A DNA stretch of 56,754 nt, filler included, from Bipalium vagum (Eukaryota): assembly GCA_037834085.1 (NCBI GenBank). It is 3 parts of 3 records of this genome, joined end to end, with 100 filler letters (N's around TTAATTAATTAA, not from the genome) between each part and the next. Parts side by side here need not be neighbours in the genome. Positions count along the whole stretch, not along the records: positions 1 to 18,132 come from JBBMKC010034401.1; 2 more parts are not named here. One strand, written 5' to 3'. Numbering within the stretch: the stretch's first letter is position 1; each line of letters begins with the position of its first letter. A program made the translations under genes and the position numbers. The notes under the pieces are model-generated. The model was not told where the DNA came from and did not search any database. It worked only from the letters and a program-made list of their open reading frames with translations. This document shows positions 1 through 13,750 of this stretch, in pieces.

Positions 1-599
1 TTTTTTATTTATTATTATCATTTGATATATTTTCATTTATTTATTTATTATTATATTATTTATTTATATTATTTTATTTTTATTATTATATTTATATAAT
101 CTCTGGTCAATTTATTAAAAAGAATATTCTGTATAAAATATAAATTGTAATTTTGGAAAAGCTAAAATATAAATAAATTTAGCGAGAGATAAATATTAAT
201 TCTAAATTGCTAAGCCCAAAATTCTTGGCTGCCCTTTGTCTTAATTACAAAAAGTGAATTGGATGGCAAATGAAATATTCTAGCCCTAACAATATCTATT
301 AGCGACAAGTTTGTTTAAATTGAAGGAGCTGGCCAAGAATTTTTAATTATCGAAACAAGAAGTGTTGAAGTGAAAAAGTGATGGAATATGTAACTTTATT
401 ATGCTCTCGGTGAAATAATAAATCTAAATATTTTTATTTATTTATTATATTGATATTGAATATTATTTTTGGAACAATTCACCCGTGCATAATGGGATCA
501 GATCAACTATTAATCTTAATGATTTTTTATGATGATCATTTAATGTTATTTTTAATTATTGTTTCCGTGGATTTTTATATCTAAGCAAAGGTTTAGAAT

Positions 600-960
600 T
601 CATTAATTAAAAGGGAGTGTGGTTAGAGGAAAAAATCACGACCCTTCACAATAATAAATTCATATTAAATAAATAGATGGGAATAACGTTCACTGTTAAA
701 AACATTTTTTGGTTCTTATGTTTATATAATTATTATTATTAATTAAATAATAATAACATAATTGTGGTAATTTTTGAAATATTGATTATAATAAAGAAGG
801 ACTATGTATCCGATAATGGTGTTAATTCGACTGAATTATACTGACGAGAGTAAAGATCGAAATGTTACGTCTTGCGGAATTAAAACTTTTGATCATGCTG
901 TCATAATTGTTTTAATCATACTTATAAAATCATTGGAATTTCAAAAATAAAAGAGACAAG
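600..960 (+). mobile_element. Possible highly decayed Merlin/IS1595-like transposase remnant
   Basis: Fragments translate to ..YTDESKDR..CG..FDH.. and HTYKIIG. These resemble the Merlin motifs IxTDxWxxY..H..VNH and HTNTIEG. There are many stops and frameshifts and no TIRs were found. Confidence 0.25.
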
Positions 961-1580
961 TACTTTAAAATCAAAATACGTTTTTAAAAAAAGGTTCAAG
1001 ATTTTCTTCTGACCCCAAATTCAGAAAAAAGTCTAAGTTGTATCTTAGATTGTCCCGGCATAATTCGGTGTTTATTGTAAAAATTCAGACCACTTGAGAA
1101 ACTCTGACCTTGCCCTCTATTAATACGCGAGATCATTGGTATCGACAGGATCTTATGTAATTATTGAAAAACAATGTCCACTTTCTCATTTTATTTAATC
1201 CTTCGCTGAATTGGCTAAAATGATCATAATATATATTTATTTATCTCGTGAATGTTATTCATTTAAAATATTTTATCTGCATTAACGATTTTCGGGGATT
1301 GTTATATTTTTAATAAAGTTTTTTTTACAATTTTTACGAAAAGATATTTGAAGAAAAGTTTTACATTTAAATAAAAAAAATTATTATTTATTTTTAAATT
1401 AAAAAAAATTGTTTTAATTATAAAAGCAATATTTTAAAGAAAATATTCACATAATTCTTATTTGGTGTTTTTATTAATCAATATATTAATTTTTATTCTT
1501 CTTGAACCAAAATTTTATGAGCCTTAAATATTTATTTTGATTATATTTTATTCTTTACGTATAATGAAAACAACAACACC

Positions 1581-1648
<68 letters not shown>
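1581..1648. repeat. (AAT)n microsatellite
   Basis: Perfect AAT run of about 22 units. Confidence 0.97.
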
Positions 1649-1649
<1 letters not shown>

Positions 1650-1893
1650 GCAAAAAAACTTATAACGATTTAAGTATTACTTAAATAATTGTTATTTATT
1701 AGTGATTAAAATCTGTCTTTGATTAAATTTTGAAGCTTAAATAAGAAAATTCTTTTCTTTGACTTTCAGATCCAGCTTAACGTGTCACATTTCAGTATTA
1801 TTTTTATTTTTTTTATTAAATGTTTAAGATATTTTATGAAGACTTAAGAAATTTTATAATCTCGGTAAAACATTAAGACTTGAATAGGATAAA

Positions 1894-2371
1894 TTAGGTT
1901 GTCTCGAAAGTCTTTTTATTTCTTAGGGAAGGTATTAGGGAATTTTTTGATATGTAACAATTAAGAAAATTGATACAATAGACGTATCCAAAATTGGTAA
2001 GTCGTAGAGGTGTTGTGTTTCATCACGATAACATGTCCGCACACCTTCTTGGTTAATAGTCAGAAATTGGTGGAACCTGGTTCAGCTGTTCAATTATATC
2101 TGTTAGACAGTCATAGAATTGGACCAGAATATTACTATCTTTCTCTCTATACAAAACTACGACCGAAAAATGTTAGATTCCATGACACTAAAATCGTACT
2201 TGAACATTTTCTATGGTGGAAAAAGTAGAAATGTAGAAAGTTGAAATAATAACAGATGAAAACTCATTGTTAAACAAAAAATCAATATGTGTTATAATAA
2301 AAGTTTCTCTTTGTAGATAATATCTTTTTATGTTATAGTCGCAAAACAAAATTACTTTTCGGACAACCTTA
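1894..2371 (+). mobile_element. Internally deleted mariner element
   Basis: Inverted ends TTAGGTTGTCTCGAAAGT / ACTTTTCGGACAACCTTA. The inside reads RRGVVFHHDN..H, then a degenerate HPPYSPDLAPxDY-like stretch (ORF 2010..2228). Confidence 0.8.
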
Positions 2372-2515
2372 TATATTTATTTAACATAATTAATACTTTT
2401 CGTCGTAACCAGAATAACGTAATCTCACGGATCTACTAATTCAAACTTCTACAAAACACATTTTCTGTTTTCATTTTTTTACCTTTTTCATGCATTAAAT
2501 AATCATTGTGTTTAG

Positions 2516-2881
2516 AAGCACCAACCAACATTGGTGACCCTGAGGCCATCACCATCCATCAGCTTTCAAGATAGCAGCGATTTCGATCTCAATGAGGACA
2601 ATTTGATTTATGCCAAGCTGAACAAGAAACCAAAGAAGCCAGTTGTTCAGAAGGATTCGCCCACTAATTCCGACAGATCTGACAATAGAAAATCAAATAA
2701 TAAAGTGGTCTCAATCTCTGTAAATTCATCAGATATTTACGGAAAACCACCACCACCACCGCCAAAATGTTATTACCAAGTTATAGCAAAATATAACTAT
2801 TACTCTCAGGACGACGACGAATTGAATCTGAATAAGGACGATATCATCATGGTATTGCCTTGGGAAAGTGAAGATCAGCAG
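2516..2881 (+). CDS. Amph: Amphiphysin/BIN1-like protein, penultimate exon (Pro-rich linker plus first half of SH3)
   Basis: TTTAG acceptor at 2511-2515 and CAG|GTAATA donor, both phase 0. Translation ends ..PPPPPPKCYYQVIAKYNYYSQDDDELNLNKDDIIMVLPWESEDQQ. The long n-Src loop (VLPWESEDQQEDGW) matches the amphiphysin SH3 pattern (VIPFxNPEEQDEGW). The BAR-domain exons lie upstream and were not found in the window. Confidence 0.85.
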
Positions 2882-4175
2882 GTAATAAGATGATATATAA
2901 AAAGAAATTTTTTCAATGAAATTGATTGTGACAGATTTAACTATTGTTAACTATTAACCCATTTAGATATCATCATTGACTTTACTTTTCCAAAGACAAT
3001 TTTGAGATTTCTGTTTAAAAAAAATTAAATTTATTAACAGGAGTAAATGAAAAAGATTGAACTCGGATTTTCTTAAGTTATTATATTTTGGTACTTGTTT
3101 TTTTAAAAATTTATATATTTATTATTTTTTATATATTTATTATTTATTATATATTTAAAATATCATAAAATTTTATTTATTTTATTTTTTGATCCAATTG
3201 ATCTGTGTTTAGTTACATAATGACTATTTAATTATTTATTTAATGATTATTTTATATTTTTCTGTTTTTTATATTTATTCTAAAAAATATTTTTATAAAA
3301 TGTAAAATAAAATTATTTTTATAAATTATAAAAAATATTTTTATAAAATTAAAAAAAATATTTTTATAAAGTAAAATTATTTCTATAAAATATCAAATAA
3401 AAATACTTTACTAAAATATAAAAAATAAAATATATTTTTTTATAAAATATAAAATGAAAATTATTAATTTTTAAAGTTTCCTAAAAAATGACCTAACATG
3501 AATCTTCAGATTACATAAGATATTTTGACACCATATTTGTACTATATATATATATATACTTTTTGAGGCTGTTTCATGGGTAAAAAAACTATTGTTATAT
3601 TTTTTTCGAAAAGATTTTAGAGGATTCTCGAATTACTTTTCTTGTATCTTTATTCATATCTCCCGTGAAATTTAATAAAGTGATTATGTTAATTCTTCTT
3701 AACTTAGGAATGGCCATGTATTTGGTTATTTAGATGTGTAATTTATTAATTAATATAAATATTATTTATTAATATTATAATTTTTTAGAATTAGTCAATA
3801 TTTTATTTATTTTTATTTTATAGATATAAAATATTTAATAATTTAATTGCAATTATTTTATTTTTATAATTTATAATTTTAATTGTTTTAATAATAACAA
3901 TGATAATAATTAGACTAATATTTAAAAGCTTATTATTTGTAATACTTTTTTAAAAATATTTCTTTCATTTTTTAATGTAATGCTAAATTTATTGCAAAAT
4001 TTTTAAAAATGACTGAATTATTAATAAAATTTAATTTATCCGAAAATTTTCCGAAATAATTAAAATTCTGGAGAAATATTTTTCATACATCCTTTTTCAT
4101 AAAGCAGTATTATTTTATTATATTAAAAAATTTGTCTTTTATGTTTCATTGTTTTTAAAAACGTTTATTAATTAG

Positions 4176-4259
4176 GAAGACGGCTGGCTATATGGAGAAA
4201 ATATCGTAACTAAAGTAAAAGGACTGTTTCCCGAAAATCACACCAGTCCACATAATTAA
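4176..4259 (+). CDS. Amph: Amphiphysin/BIN1-like protein, terminal exon (second half of SH3)
   Basis: ATTAG acceptor, phase 0. Reads EDGWLYGENIVTKVKGLFPENHTSPHN* and completes the SH3 domain (GW..G..GLFPEN). AATAAA at about 4308. This exon is absent from the ORF track. Confidence 0.88.
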   Translation, partial: EDGWLYGENIVTKVKGLFPENHTSPHN

Positions 4260-6445
4260 ATATGTTCCTATTCAGATTTGTGATTATTACATATATAAAT
4301 TTTATAAAATAAAACTTATTTCTTACAATTTATCTTTATTTTGTTCATAAAGCGTTTAATTTAATAATTATAATTGATAATAAAATTATAATTTGTTTAA
4401 TAATGATAAAAATAGTTGGAAATAGTCATTTTAACTATTCTGATTTTCTATTAAAGTTTAAGGTAAGGTTATCAAACGTAAGCTAATTCAAGATAAAATG
4501 ATAAATGATGTAAAAGTTTCAGTAATAAACACGTAATATTGATATAAATATGGTAATATATTGATATAAGACCATTGACATATACACATGACCCAAAGTT
4601 AAAATATCAACAAATATTCAAATACCTTATTCAATAAAAGAAGATAGAAATAAGATAGAAATGTGTTATACCATGTGATTATTAGATGTAATTATGTATT
4701 TAAAGATTATTACTAAAGGTTACTTGCTTGTTTAATCAAAAGTTCATAAAATCGATTTTTTTACAAAATTTATTAACTCTCTTTTAAAGAAAATATTTTA
4801 GAGAAAAGGTAAAAGCATTATTCACAGTATTCTAGACATCGTTGATGTTAAAAAGTCAAACCAGGTGAATTCAGAATAACAAAAACTCACGGATTACTTT
4901 GTATTTGTGTGCTTTTTCATTAATATGCAAAAATAGCTGCGACTATTTTTTCATAAAGTTGAACACAAAAAAACGTAATAGTTGATGTTAACTTTTTGAC
5001 TTTCTGAAACTAATTTTTATGGTTTGGAAGTTAACCAGGTAACGGCTGTGTAAACTTTGAACAATATAAAAGAAAAAGAAAGGACAAAATAAAATTTAAC
5101 TGATTCTCGGTTAAGATAGAGCAATTATTTCCAAGAAGAAAGTTAATTAACACAAGTCAATCCCTTAAGATTATTTGCAAAATGACAATAATTACTTAAT
5201 TGAATTATAATAGAACTTCTGTGTCGAGACTTCGAACAGAGTTGTGATATTAATGATTAGAATAATAGTACCAATAATAAATAGGAGTTACTTTTGCAAT
5301 AGTTTTAAATCTGTTGAGAATTAGACGGCTGATCCTGCTGGTAAATTCTTTGCGCGGTTGTGATAGTTAAATTGTTCTATTTTCTCTGGTACTGTTGATG
5401 TTTATATAATGAGAGTTATGTTCGTGGTGGTCCATTTCAAATTTCTTTTTATGATGTACGTAAATTCTTGGAATTCCTAAACGAGCTTGACCTTTGTTAT
5501 ATTTTCATATTTTTGTTCTTTTTAATTATTTGACATCGTTTATATAAGCAGCTTTTGCTTATTTTTTATTTTTATGAAGTTATAATTTCTATAAATAAAA
5601 TTTATTTTGTTTAAATTTCTATTTTTAGAAATTCTTATTATGTTATTTTATTATTTTCTATAAATAGTAATTTTTAATATTTATTTTTATTAATTCTGTA
5701 TTTTTTATTTTAATAATAATAATATGATAGAATGTTAATGATATTTTATTTTCTTGGTAGTTTCAATTTTTACACAAATATAAAGGAAAGGAATGTTTTT
5801 ATTAAATCAATAAAAAAATCTTTATTATTGTGGGAGGCTCCACACAATGCTTCCCGTGAGTTTTTGATTTTCTTTCATCATCTGTCAGTTAGTGAGGACA
5901 TACAATCTGCACAATTGTCCTTAGAATATTAATGATTTCTTTGGAGTCTGATGGAGGAACCTCGGATTTTTTTCTAGGATTTTCAGTTACTTGAATATTT
6001 TCTTTTATTCGTTTTTGTCACAGTACAATCCAATCAATATAATACATACCACTTAAACACATTCATAATTTTTATAATTGGCTAATAGAGCACACATGTA
6101 AATTACTCATTAATTATATTCCACACTAATCATATCTTCCTTTGAGTACACATTGAATATTGAAATTGCAAATCAAATTAATTACAAAAACACAATAGCC
6201 TTAAAAATTAAGACCAGAGGTAGGGTGAAAGAAAACTAAATAATATGCTTCCCGAAAAAGATAAAATTTAATAAAAGATAGTTTAAATGAAATAGGATAA
6301 TCACTGAAGAAATATATACAAGGAATCACTAGGCTCTGTAAAGTGACACTTATGTCATTGAAAAATGATCTTTGATTTTACAGACAAATGTCTTTAAAAT
6401 CTTAAAGAACAATTAGGTAAAAAACGAAGAAAAAATACTCATTAC

Positions 6446-6610
6446 TAGGGCCCCCAAAAATTGATTAAAGTCGAAAAAATTGACTGTCAATTAAAAGTCA
6501 AAGGAGAATTATAAAATTAATAATTTATAAAGTCAAAAAAATTATAATAGTTAATTATAAGTCAAAATGTTACTGTAAAAGTCCAAAATTAAAAAGTCAA
6601 ATAAATTGAG
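6446..6610. repeat. Degenerate AAGTC(A)AA motif array, possibly subterminal repeats of a DNA transposon
   Basis: About six AAGTCaaa-like motifs within 150 nt, following TAGGGCCCCC. Confidence 0.35.
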
Positions 6611-7029
6611 AAATGAAATCAAAATTGTTTTAATAATTTAAATTGGTAATATTATCATTTTTAGAAATTTAATAATAGAAAGTATATTTATTTATTGTTT
6701 ATTTGTATTTTTTAATCATCCTGTAAACATGCCAAAATTTGCAAAAAGTGACACAAATCAACAATTTTAAAATGGCTGCGCTAAGAAAAATTTAAAAGGT
6801 GCGAAGATGAGTCTCTCAAAATTTGAATGAAACTGCACTCTGTGATTAAGTAAAGCTACATAGACCAAATCTTGTCCAATGAATCTATCATGATCGTTAA
6901 ATATGTTGCAGTTTACCCTGAGGTGGATAATGATAATAATAGCATTGATGATAATAATAAGATTAAATTTTTAAAAAAAATTTGCATTAAGAGTTTAGTT
7001 TCCTTTCATTGGATTTAGCCTTTTTATTA

Positions 7030-7570
7030 ATCTAGCAACGGATTAATCTGGTCGAGTTGAGTTTTTAAGATAATAGAAAAGATAGCGAGATTGTTTTCAC
7101 ATAATATTCTCTTTTACCCGGAAAGGGATTTTCAATATTCGTCCTGAATAATGCTTTTGTAATTGATTGGGTGATAGAGCTTAGATTTTGGAGCAGCGAC
7201 CATATTGATTTTGAGCTCCGACATAAACAGTTGCAAAAACAGAAATCGGTTGAAAAGAGAAAGTGAAAAAAAGAATAAATTTTAATTACCTCGAATTGAG
7301 TTGATTATAAAAGATCATTTAGAACTTTGAGTTGATTTTGTTTAAAGAATTATCTGAAACATTGCTTTGATTTTAAAGATTGTTTGTGGTTTTTTATTTT
7401 GGAAAGATAGAAAGAAAAGTCTGATTATGGTGTTATTCAAGGATTGTGTTTGGGTCCCTATCAAGTTTTGCAAGTTGTCGATGCTCCTGTAGACCATGAC
7501 AAATTCTCATTGGTCAGAACTAAGTCGACATTATGTATTGCTGTTTAATGTTCATGAACTTACTCGATTC
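7030..7570 (+). mobile_element. Decayed Ty3/Gypsy integrase C-terminal remnant
   Basis: LGPYQVLQVVD (GPY/F motif), followed after a frameshift by ..H.V.LFNVHELTRF. A VEF..N-like patch lies upstream. Confidence 0.45.
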
Positions 7571-8057
7571 TGTTTTAACATATTTAATTATTTTCTCGTT
7601 ATTTCATTTTTTTTATTTTTTAGAATTCCCTTCTATTTTATTAAAATGATTTTGATGAAATTTGTTCTTTTACGAGGGAGTTAAAGTATTGATTGTAGAC
7701 ATTTGTGTGGATATTGTGATATATAAGGTTGCAGTGAGGGGTGACTATTAAGAGTTTGACAAACGCTTATTTATTAAAATGTTAACAGACAAAACGCCAT
7801 GTATAGATCAAGGAAATTATTTTAAAATGAACACACTAAAATCAACCTTCACTCGTTAAGATCATCTTTCCTAAGTTTAATCTCCAGTTTTCGAAGAACT
7901 TCATGCTTGGAAAATTGAAAAGATGATAGAAATGAAAAATGTAATTTAATGATAAAAGGTAAAAAAGAATCTAATGTAAAGAACAAATAGGAAAAGAATA
8001 GCCATAAACATTTAAAATTACTTATCAAAACAAATTCCAAAGTTTCAAACTAAATAA

Positions 8058-8610
8058 AGGGTGTGTAAAGAGTAACTACCAGATCTTAAAATCCAAAAAA
8101 GTTTTCTTTTATAATTTCATTTCAAAGTTTATGCAAGGGTTAAATTGTTAAATCCCAAAATGGCATTCCAGTTCAAAGGTTAATATTTAGATCTGTGTTT
8201 CTATGTGACGTTTAATGAAAATGTGAATGGTTCTAATTATTCAGAGTTACTTAAATCTTGACCCATACTGTAACTTCCCAGAACAATATAAAAATTAACT
8301 TTCCAACAGGATGAACCGTGCGCTTATTATTTGTTTCAGGTTAAACATTTTATAAACATCACAACTCCCGTAAGATAGATTAGAAGATGTGGATCAATCG
8401 ATCAGGCTGCTAGATCACCAGACCTTTCACCAATAGATTTCTTTCTTTGGGGATACCTAAAGACAAGAATTTCTTCATGAAAACCAAAGAAGCTCCAAGT
8501 CCTGAAAGATTTAATTGAAGCAAAAGCAACTAAGATATCACTTGAAATGTTTGAAAATGCTGAGTTTTTTTTATAATCGTTCACCAAGTTGTATCAATGT
8601 AAGTGGGTGA
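8058..8610 (+). mobile_element. Tc1/mariner-superfamily transposase remnant (WPxRSPDL..DFFLWGYLK type)
   Basis: FQQDEPCAYY, then ARSPDLSPIDFFLWGYLKTRI on the + strand. The listed minus-strand ORF 8402..8587 is its antisense shadow. Confidence 0.85.
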
Positions 8611-9580
8611 TCTGTAAAAAAATATTAAATTTTAATAAATGAATTTTATTGTGCTAAACATTTGCAGCACTATTTCAAATATATTTAACAATATAAAATT
8701 TAATAAAAACCTGGTAGTTACTTTTTACTCTCCATCTAATATATATAATAATATATAGAGGGTGTGTAAAAAGTAATTCAACGTAATTGCGTAAGTGCCA
8801 AATATTATTTAATGATAGAATGATAAAAATATAAATAAATACTTTAACAAAATAATCAGATACTGTTCCAATTAAAGCCTGCAAAGGAAAAGGACCTCAC
8901 GTCGAATCTGGTATTGAACGACTCATAATATATATAAATAATTATATTTAATCATAGACAGACATAAACATGATAATAAATTGATCGATATTTTCATTTA
9001 TGAGATATAAATTATCAACGGGTTTCGAAAATAAATATTTAGATAAACCTCATTCCATCACCGACAATTGAATGTTTATTTTGAAAATTATTTTTCGAAA
9101 AAAATCCTTGAAAAATTCATTAAATCGAATTTGATAAAATGGACCAATTTAATTATAAACCCAAATTCAGATTTTATCTTCGATTATAATCAAATTATTG
9201 GGGATTTATCTTTTGCGAAAAAAGATAAAACAAGAAAGCCACTGCATTTATAATGTAATAAGGCCGAGGAAAATAAATTCCAAGCAATTAAATGATATCA
9301 GAAATTAATTCAATTAAACTGATATGATGATTTGTGTGGTTTGATATTGTCGATAATTTTTAATTTATCGATTGGGATTTGTAAGGGGAAGGGAGGCCGT
9401 TGAACTTTTTTTTTGTTTTACTGAGCTCATTATGAATCCTTCTTTTGTTGAGACAATTTTTCTGTTTCTCCAGCTTCATTATTGATATTGAGAAAAAGAC
9501 AATGGTTCAGTTGATATGATCTGAGAATACAAAACGTTTAATACTAATGCTAATATTTTTACACAGGTTTTAATTCATTA

Positions 9581-9770
9581 AATAATAATAATGATAATAA
9601 TAATTACAATAAAATAAATAACAATAATAATAATAATAAAAATGATAATGATGGTGATAATAATAATAATTATTATAACAACGATTAATAATAATAATGA
9701 TTATAAATAATAAATAAATAATTAATTATATAATAATTAAAAATAATTATGGATAATAATAATAATACTA
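9581..9770. repeat. Degenerate AAT/GAT low-complexity tract
   Basis: Imperfect AAT microsatellite. Confidence 0.7.
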
Positions 9771-9844
9771 ATACAGTCAGACTTTGCTAATCCAAAAGTT
9801 TCTCAACTCATTTCCTTCATTTTCTCCGATCAATTAATTACAGA

Positions 9845-10759
9845 CGTAGTGCGCTCATTAAGTACTTAGACTGAACAATGAATATATAACCGATTTTATT
9901 TAAACTTTCAATAATAAACATGTAGCAATTCTATATTTATTTTTCAATATAACCTCCATCAACTTCCACACATTTCTGTCGAATAAGACAACAAATCCAA
10001 AATACCTTTTCATGAAAGGTTTTGGAGTATCATTTCAACAAATCTGTGTTATAGTGCTGCAAATCAAAGGTAAAATCAAATAATTTCCCTCGCAAATCCA
10101 TCTTCAGTTGTCGGAAGAAGTGAAATTCTCTGGGAGAGAGATCGTGACTGTATAGTGGGTAAGGAATGAGTGATAATCCACATGAATCAATTGTTGCTCT
10201 TATCTTCTTACTTCCTTTATAAGTTGTGCATCGACTTTGAAAATGCCTTTCATATCTCAAAGGATTGTCAACATCAGACATTTTTTATGAGATGTGCCAG
10301 TTCTCATTTTTAGTGTTAGTTTCCTCTCTGGCATCTTCCATTCGGCAGATTCGCTTTTACTTTCAAACTCAAAAGTGTCTCATCTTCCGTGATTATGTTA
10401 TCGTGGCACATCTTCCTAATGCCCATTTCATGCATCAACTAATTTACGTACCTTTTGAGATATTTAGACGTTGCATAAGGTTTCTTGTGCAATATGACGG
10501 TTTGTAATAATGATTTTCTGCAGGATTTCTTTCTTCTCACCTCCAACTTCAACAGGTATTCCCGACTTTTCAATGTTAAAAACACTAGTTCGGCCTCACA
10601 TTTGTAAGCATCTTGCAGTTGATTAATATTTTATTGGCTTGTTTCAATAGCAGGAATTTGATTACAATAAGAAAATCAATATTATCTGTCATTTTTTGAA
10701 ATAGTACTTAAAGTAGTAATTATTTCCTATGGAATCTAAGTACTTAATGGGGCATAACG
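9845..10759 (-). mobile_element. Defective mariner element with TIRs
   Basis: Ends CGTAGTGCGCTCATTAAGTACTTAGA / TCTAAGTACTTAATGGGGCATAACG. ORF 10030..10281 carries YPLYSHDLSPREFHFFRQLKMDLRGKLF (YSPDLAPxDF motif). The C-terminus reads KCVEVDGGYIEK*. Confidence 0.85.
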
Positions 10760-11259
10760 TATGTATAGCAATGTTTATTATGATTTGGGGCTTATTAAAA
10801 TCACTTCCTAAATAAAACTGCGATCATATTTTTTTAGAAAAAAAATCTTTGTGTTGATTCTTTACCTACAGAACCATCACCCCACGCGAGATTAATATTT
10901 CTATTGATGCTGCTGATGCATTTTGTGATGCATATAGATAATGGAAATTCGAAAATGTTATTCAACCAAGTGGAAAATATAAAGTTTAATTTTTAATTGA
11001 ATTAAATCAAAATTGGCGCTTCAGTTCAATATTAAAACAGTAATTATCATAAAACCTTAATGATAAAAAACTTTTGAAATAATAAAACCAAAAATCGTCA
11101 TAATCAGCTAAATTATAAAAATTCCAATAGTAATAATAAAAATAATTTTCATAATAATATTAATTCTAATAATAATAATAATGTTTATAAAAATATAATA
11201 ATCTTCTTTTGGGAATCATCAAAAGAAAATAATCTTTCATCATGATCATGAAACATATC

Positions 11260-11365
11260 CGAGATGAAACAATTGAATATGATAGAAATTGATTTGAAGT
11301 AATACTAGGACTATACTCAGCCGACATGGTCCAACCAGACTATCACTTGTTTCTAACAATGGTAT
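11260..11365 (+). mobile_element. Small mariner transposase fragment
   Basis: ..LYSADMVQPDYHLFLTM resembles YSPDLAPSDYHLFxSM. Confidence 0.55.
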
Positions 11366-12740
11366 GCTTTTCGAAAATATTTGGTGACCTAAAAAGTTTC
11401 TGCCGTTTTCTTCATGGATTGTTTTAAGTTGAACTGCAAGAGATCTGTAGGTTCTAAATGCAACCGTATTGAAAATTTTCTGAATCTGTTAATTTATTTT
11501 TGGAGAACGATCTGCTCTATGCTTGTAATAATAATATGGAAGACCATTTTGGAATCGTTTGATGAAATAATAAATTGTTGTTCTTGGAATACTTTCAGTT
11601 TGAAAATGTCTAATGGCATCTGATATTTTCATTCGTCCAATGAGAAAAGAGATTCGTTTCCGTATATACTCTTTTTTTTATAAAAGTGGTAATCCGAGTC
11701 ATATGTTTCTGATAAATAAAAAGCAAATTAAAGAACCTATAAATCTATATGTAATTAATTTTTTTATTTAAAGATTTTACGTATTTTTTTGCAATATGTT
11801 TTTAAGTACTCGTTAAATCTACTTTAAGAAGATCGTAAAAATTGATTAAGACAATACACAGGTAAATTAATACCTAAGCTTTGATTGTGGAGAAATAAAA
11901 TTAATTTGATAAACAGGGAAATTTTAGCAAAATTTGTTTAACTGATCTTAACTTAATTAAATAAACATTAGGGTGGTGGGAAAGTCTTTAGACTATTTAT
12001 TGGTAACTTTGTTTTGCCAATTTTTATTGTTGCAATCACAAATTATTAGTAAGTGTTATATCAAATTAAAGGATTTGTTTGACAGAATCAAATGTTACAA
12101 TATATATTCTTAGATTTTTATGTAAATCCTTTACATTTTCATATAGGTAATGAAAACTACCAAGTATATAATTCATTAACTTTTACTTTAAAATTAAAAA
12201 ATGCTCTGTGACAATAGTAAATGAAATAACTTGAACCTTTTTGTTTTATGTTATTCTAAGATTAATTTATACACATTTTGTAACCATCATATTGAAACAA
12301 TATAACTTTTTAAAAGTTGTTTCACTTAATTAATCAAAGAAACTTTCATACGAAAACATTTTTAATGAAGTAAGAAGATTTAAGACTATTTTCAGTTATA
12401 AACTACAAATTAAAGACCTGATTAAGATCGACAACTATCATCTCAAAAATGTTTATAAATGTTAATAAGAGTACTATCAAGTTTTTAAACATGTTGAAAA
12501 TTTCCAAGAAAATAAAAGAAAATGGTTTTTAGTTATATCTTGAGATAAAACCCCACCTGAGATACAACCTATTAGTGAAACAATTGATATTCTTCTAATT
12601 TAATATTTTAATGGAAAACAGTTCGAGTCTTAAGAAACGGTAGTAATTTTTAAAATTCTGTAAAATATTAAGCACCATTCCTCTATATCTTTCCATCCGG
12701 AAACAGAAAACATTTAATATGAAAATACTAAAACAAATTA

Positions 12741-13290
12741 TTAGGTTTGTAAATTAATTACCGGAAGTTTTTTTTTAGAAATAACTAAAAGAAATAATAT
12801 TCCAAAAAATAAGCACATATTTATTGTTGGAAATATTGTTTAACGCTTGCCACATCCTGCTCCCATCTTTTAGGAAAGCTGTGGATTCCGCTTTGAAAGA
12901 AATCTTTTTATTTTGAGAAGATATCCTCGTACGAATGAAAATGATAGTAGACTAAAATATGCGACATCGAACGGAACAAATGGTAATACGTGGGAGAAAT
13001 GTCTATCGAATACGACGTGTGGTGTAGAATTTCCCATTTAACAGTTTCTAAGTTTGCTTTAATTAGTTGCGAAACATGCGGGCAAGCATTGTCATATTGC
13101 AAAATGACTATCAAATCTGACGAGGTAATATGGCCGTATATCCTTAAATTCTACGCTTAAACAGAACAATTGAAGTTGATAGCGATCCCTGGGATTGTTT
13201 TGTTCGGTTGACACAAGTCAAAATATACGTTATCTAATTGATCTCACTAAATATATAGCATGATGTTTTGATCATGAATATCCTGGGCTA
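12741..13290 (-). mobile_element. Mariner transposase pseudogene, 3' half (Mos1/mauritiana-like)
   Basis: VILQYDNACPHVSQLIKANLETVKWEILHHTSYSIDISPTYYHLFRSMSH. Upstream IH..IMLYI**DQ corresponds to IHxxKxMLCIWWDQ. TIR-like TA|TTAGGTTTG at 12741. Confidence 0.9.
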
Positions 13291-13445
13291 TCTTCATAAT
13301 ATTTTTTCTTTTGTTGTTGCTGTTGCTGTTGCGGATTCTATTTCTTTGTCAGTCACAAAACAACTGTTCACACACGCACACAAATAATATTTCAAAATTT
13401 ATTTATTTATAAATTATTTCTGTAATTGATTTCAAATGTAAGGTA

Positions 13446-13750
13446 TTAGGTTGTGTAAAAAGTGATATCGGTTGGAATAATATCTTAGTAGAATATTAAT
13501 CGATACAATCTTTAAGTAAATGAAATAAGCTTTGTGTATTTAATTGAAATACAATTAAAATTATTAGTAAGTTTTCCTTTACCATTCTAAATTTTTTATT
13601 GTTTATTATTGAATTGAAATGCTAGTGGAACGTTGACTTAAGGTTATAAAAGCAAAAGGTGACTATTTCAATGAATAAATTTTATCGTATGACTTAATTA
13701 TTTTTTTCAAAGTTTGTATCATAAAACACACTACTTTTTACACAACCTGA
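13446..13750 (+). mobile_element. Mariner-derived MITE (305 bp)
   Basis: TA|TTAGGTTGTGTAAAAAGT ... ACTTTTTACACAACCTGA|TA. Only the transposase tail LVER*LKVIKAKGDYFNE* is retained. Confidence 0.85.

Noticed and set aside
1040-1220. Retroviral-type integrase core remnant on the minus strand (DHFS.., GQSK..)
   Set aside because: The motif matches are too short and broken to support a call.
10872-11000. Signal-peptide-like exon (ARLIFLLMLLMHFVMH) after a CTACAG acceptor
   Set aside because: There is no convincing donor and no link to a gene. Hydrophobic translations are common in AT-rich DNA.
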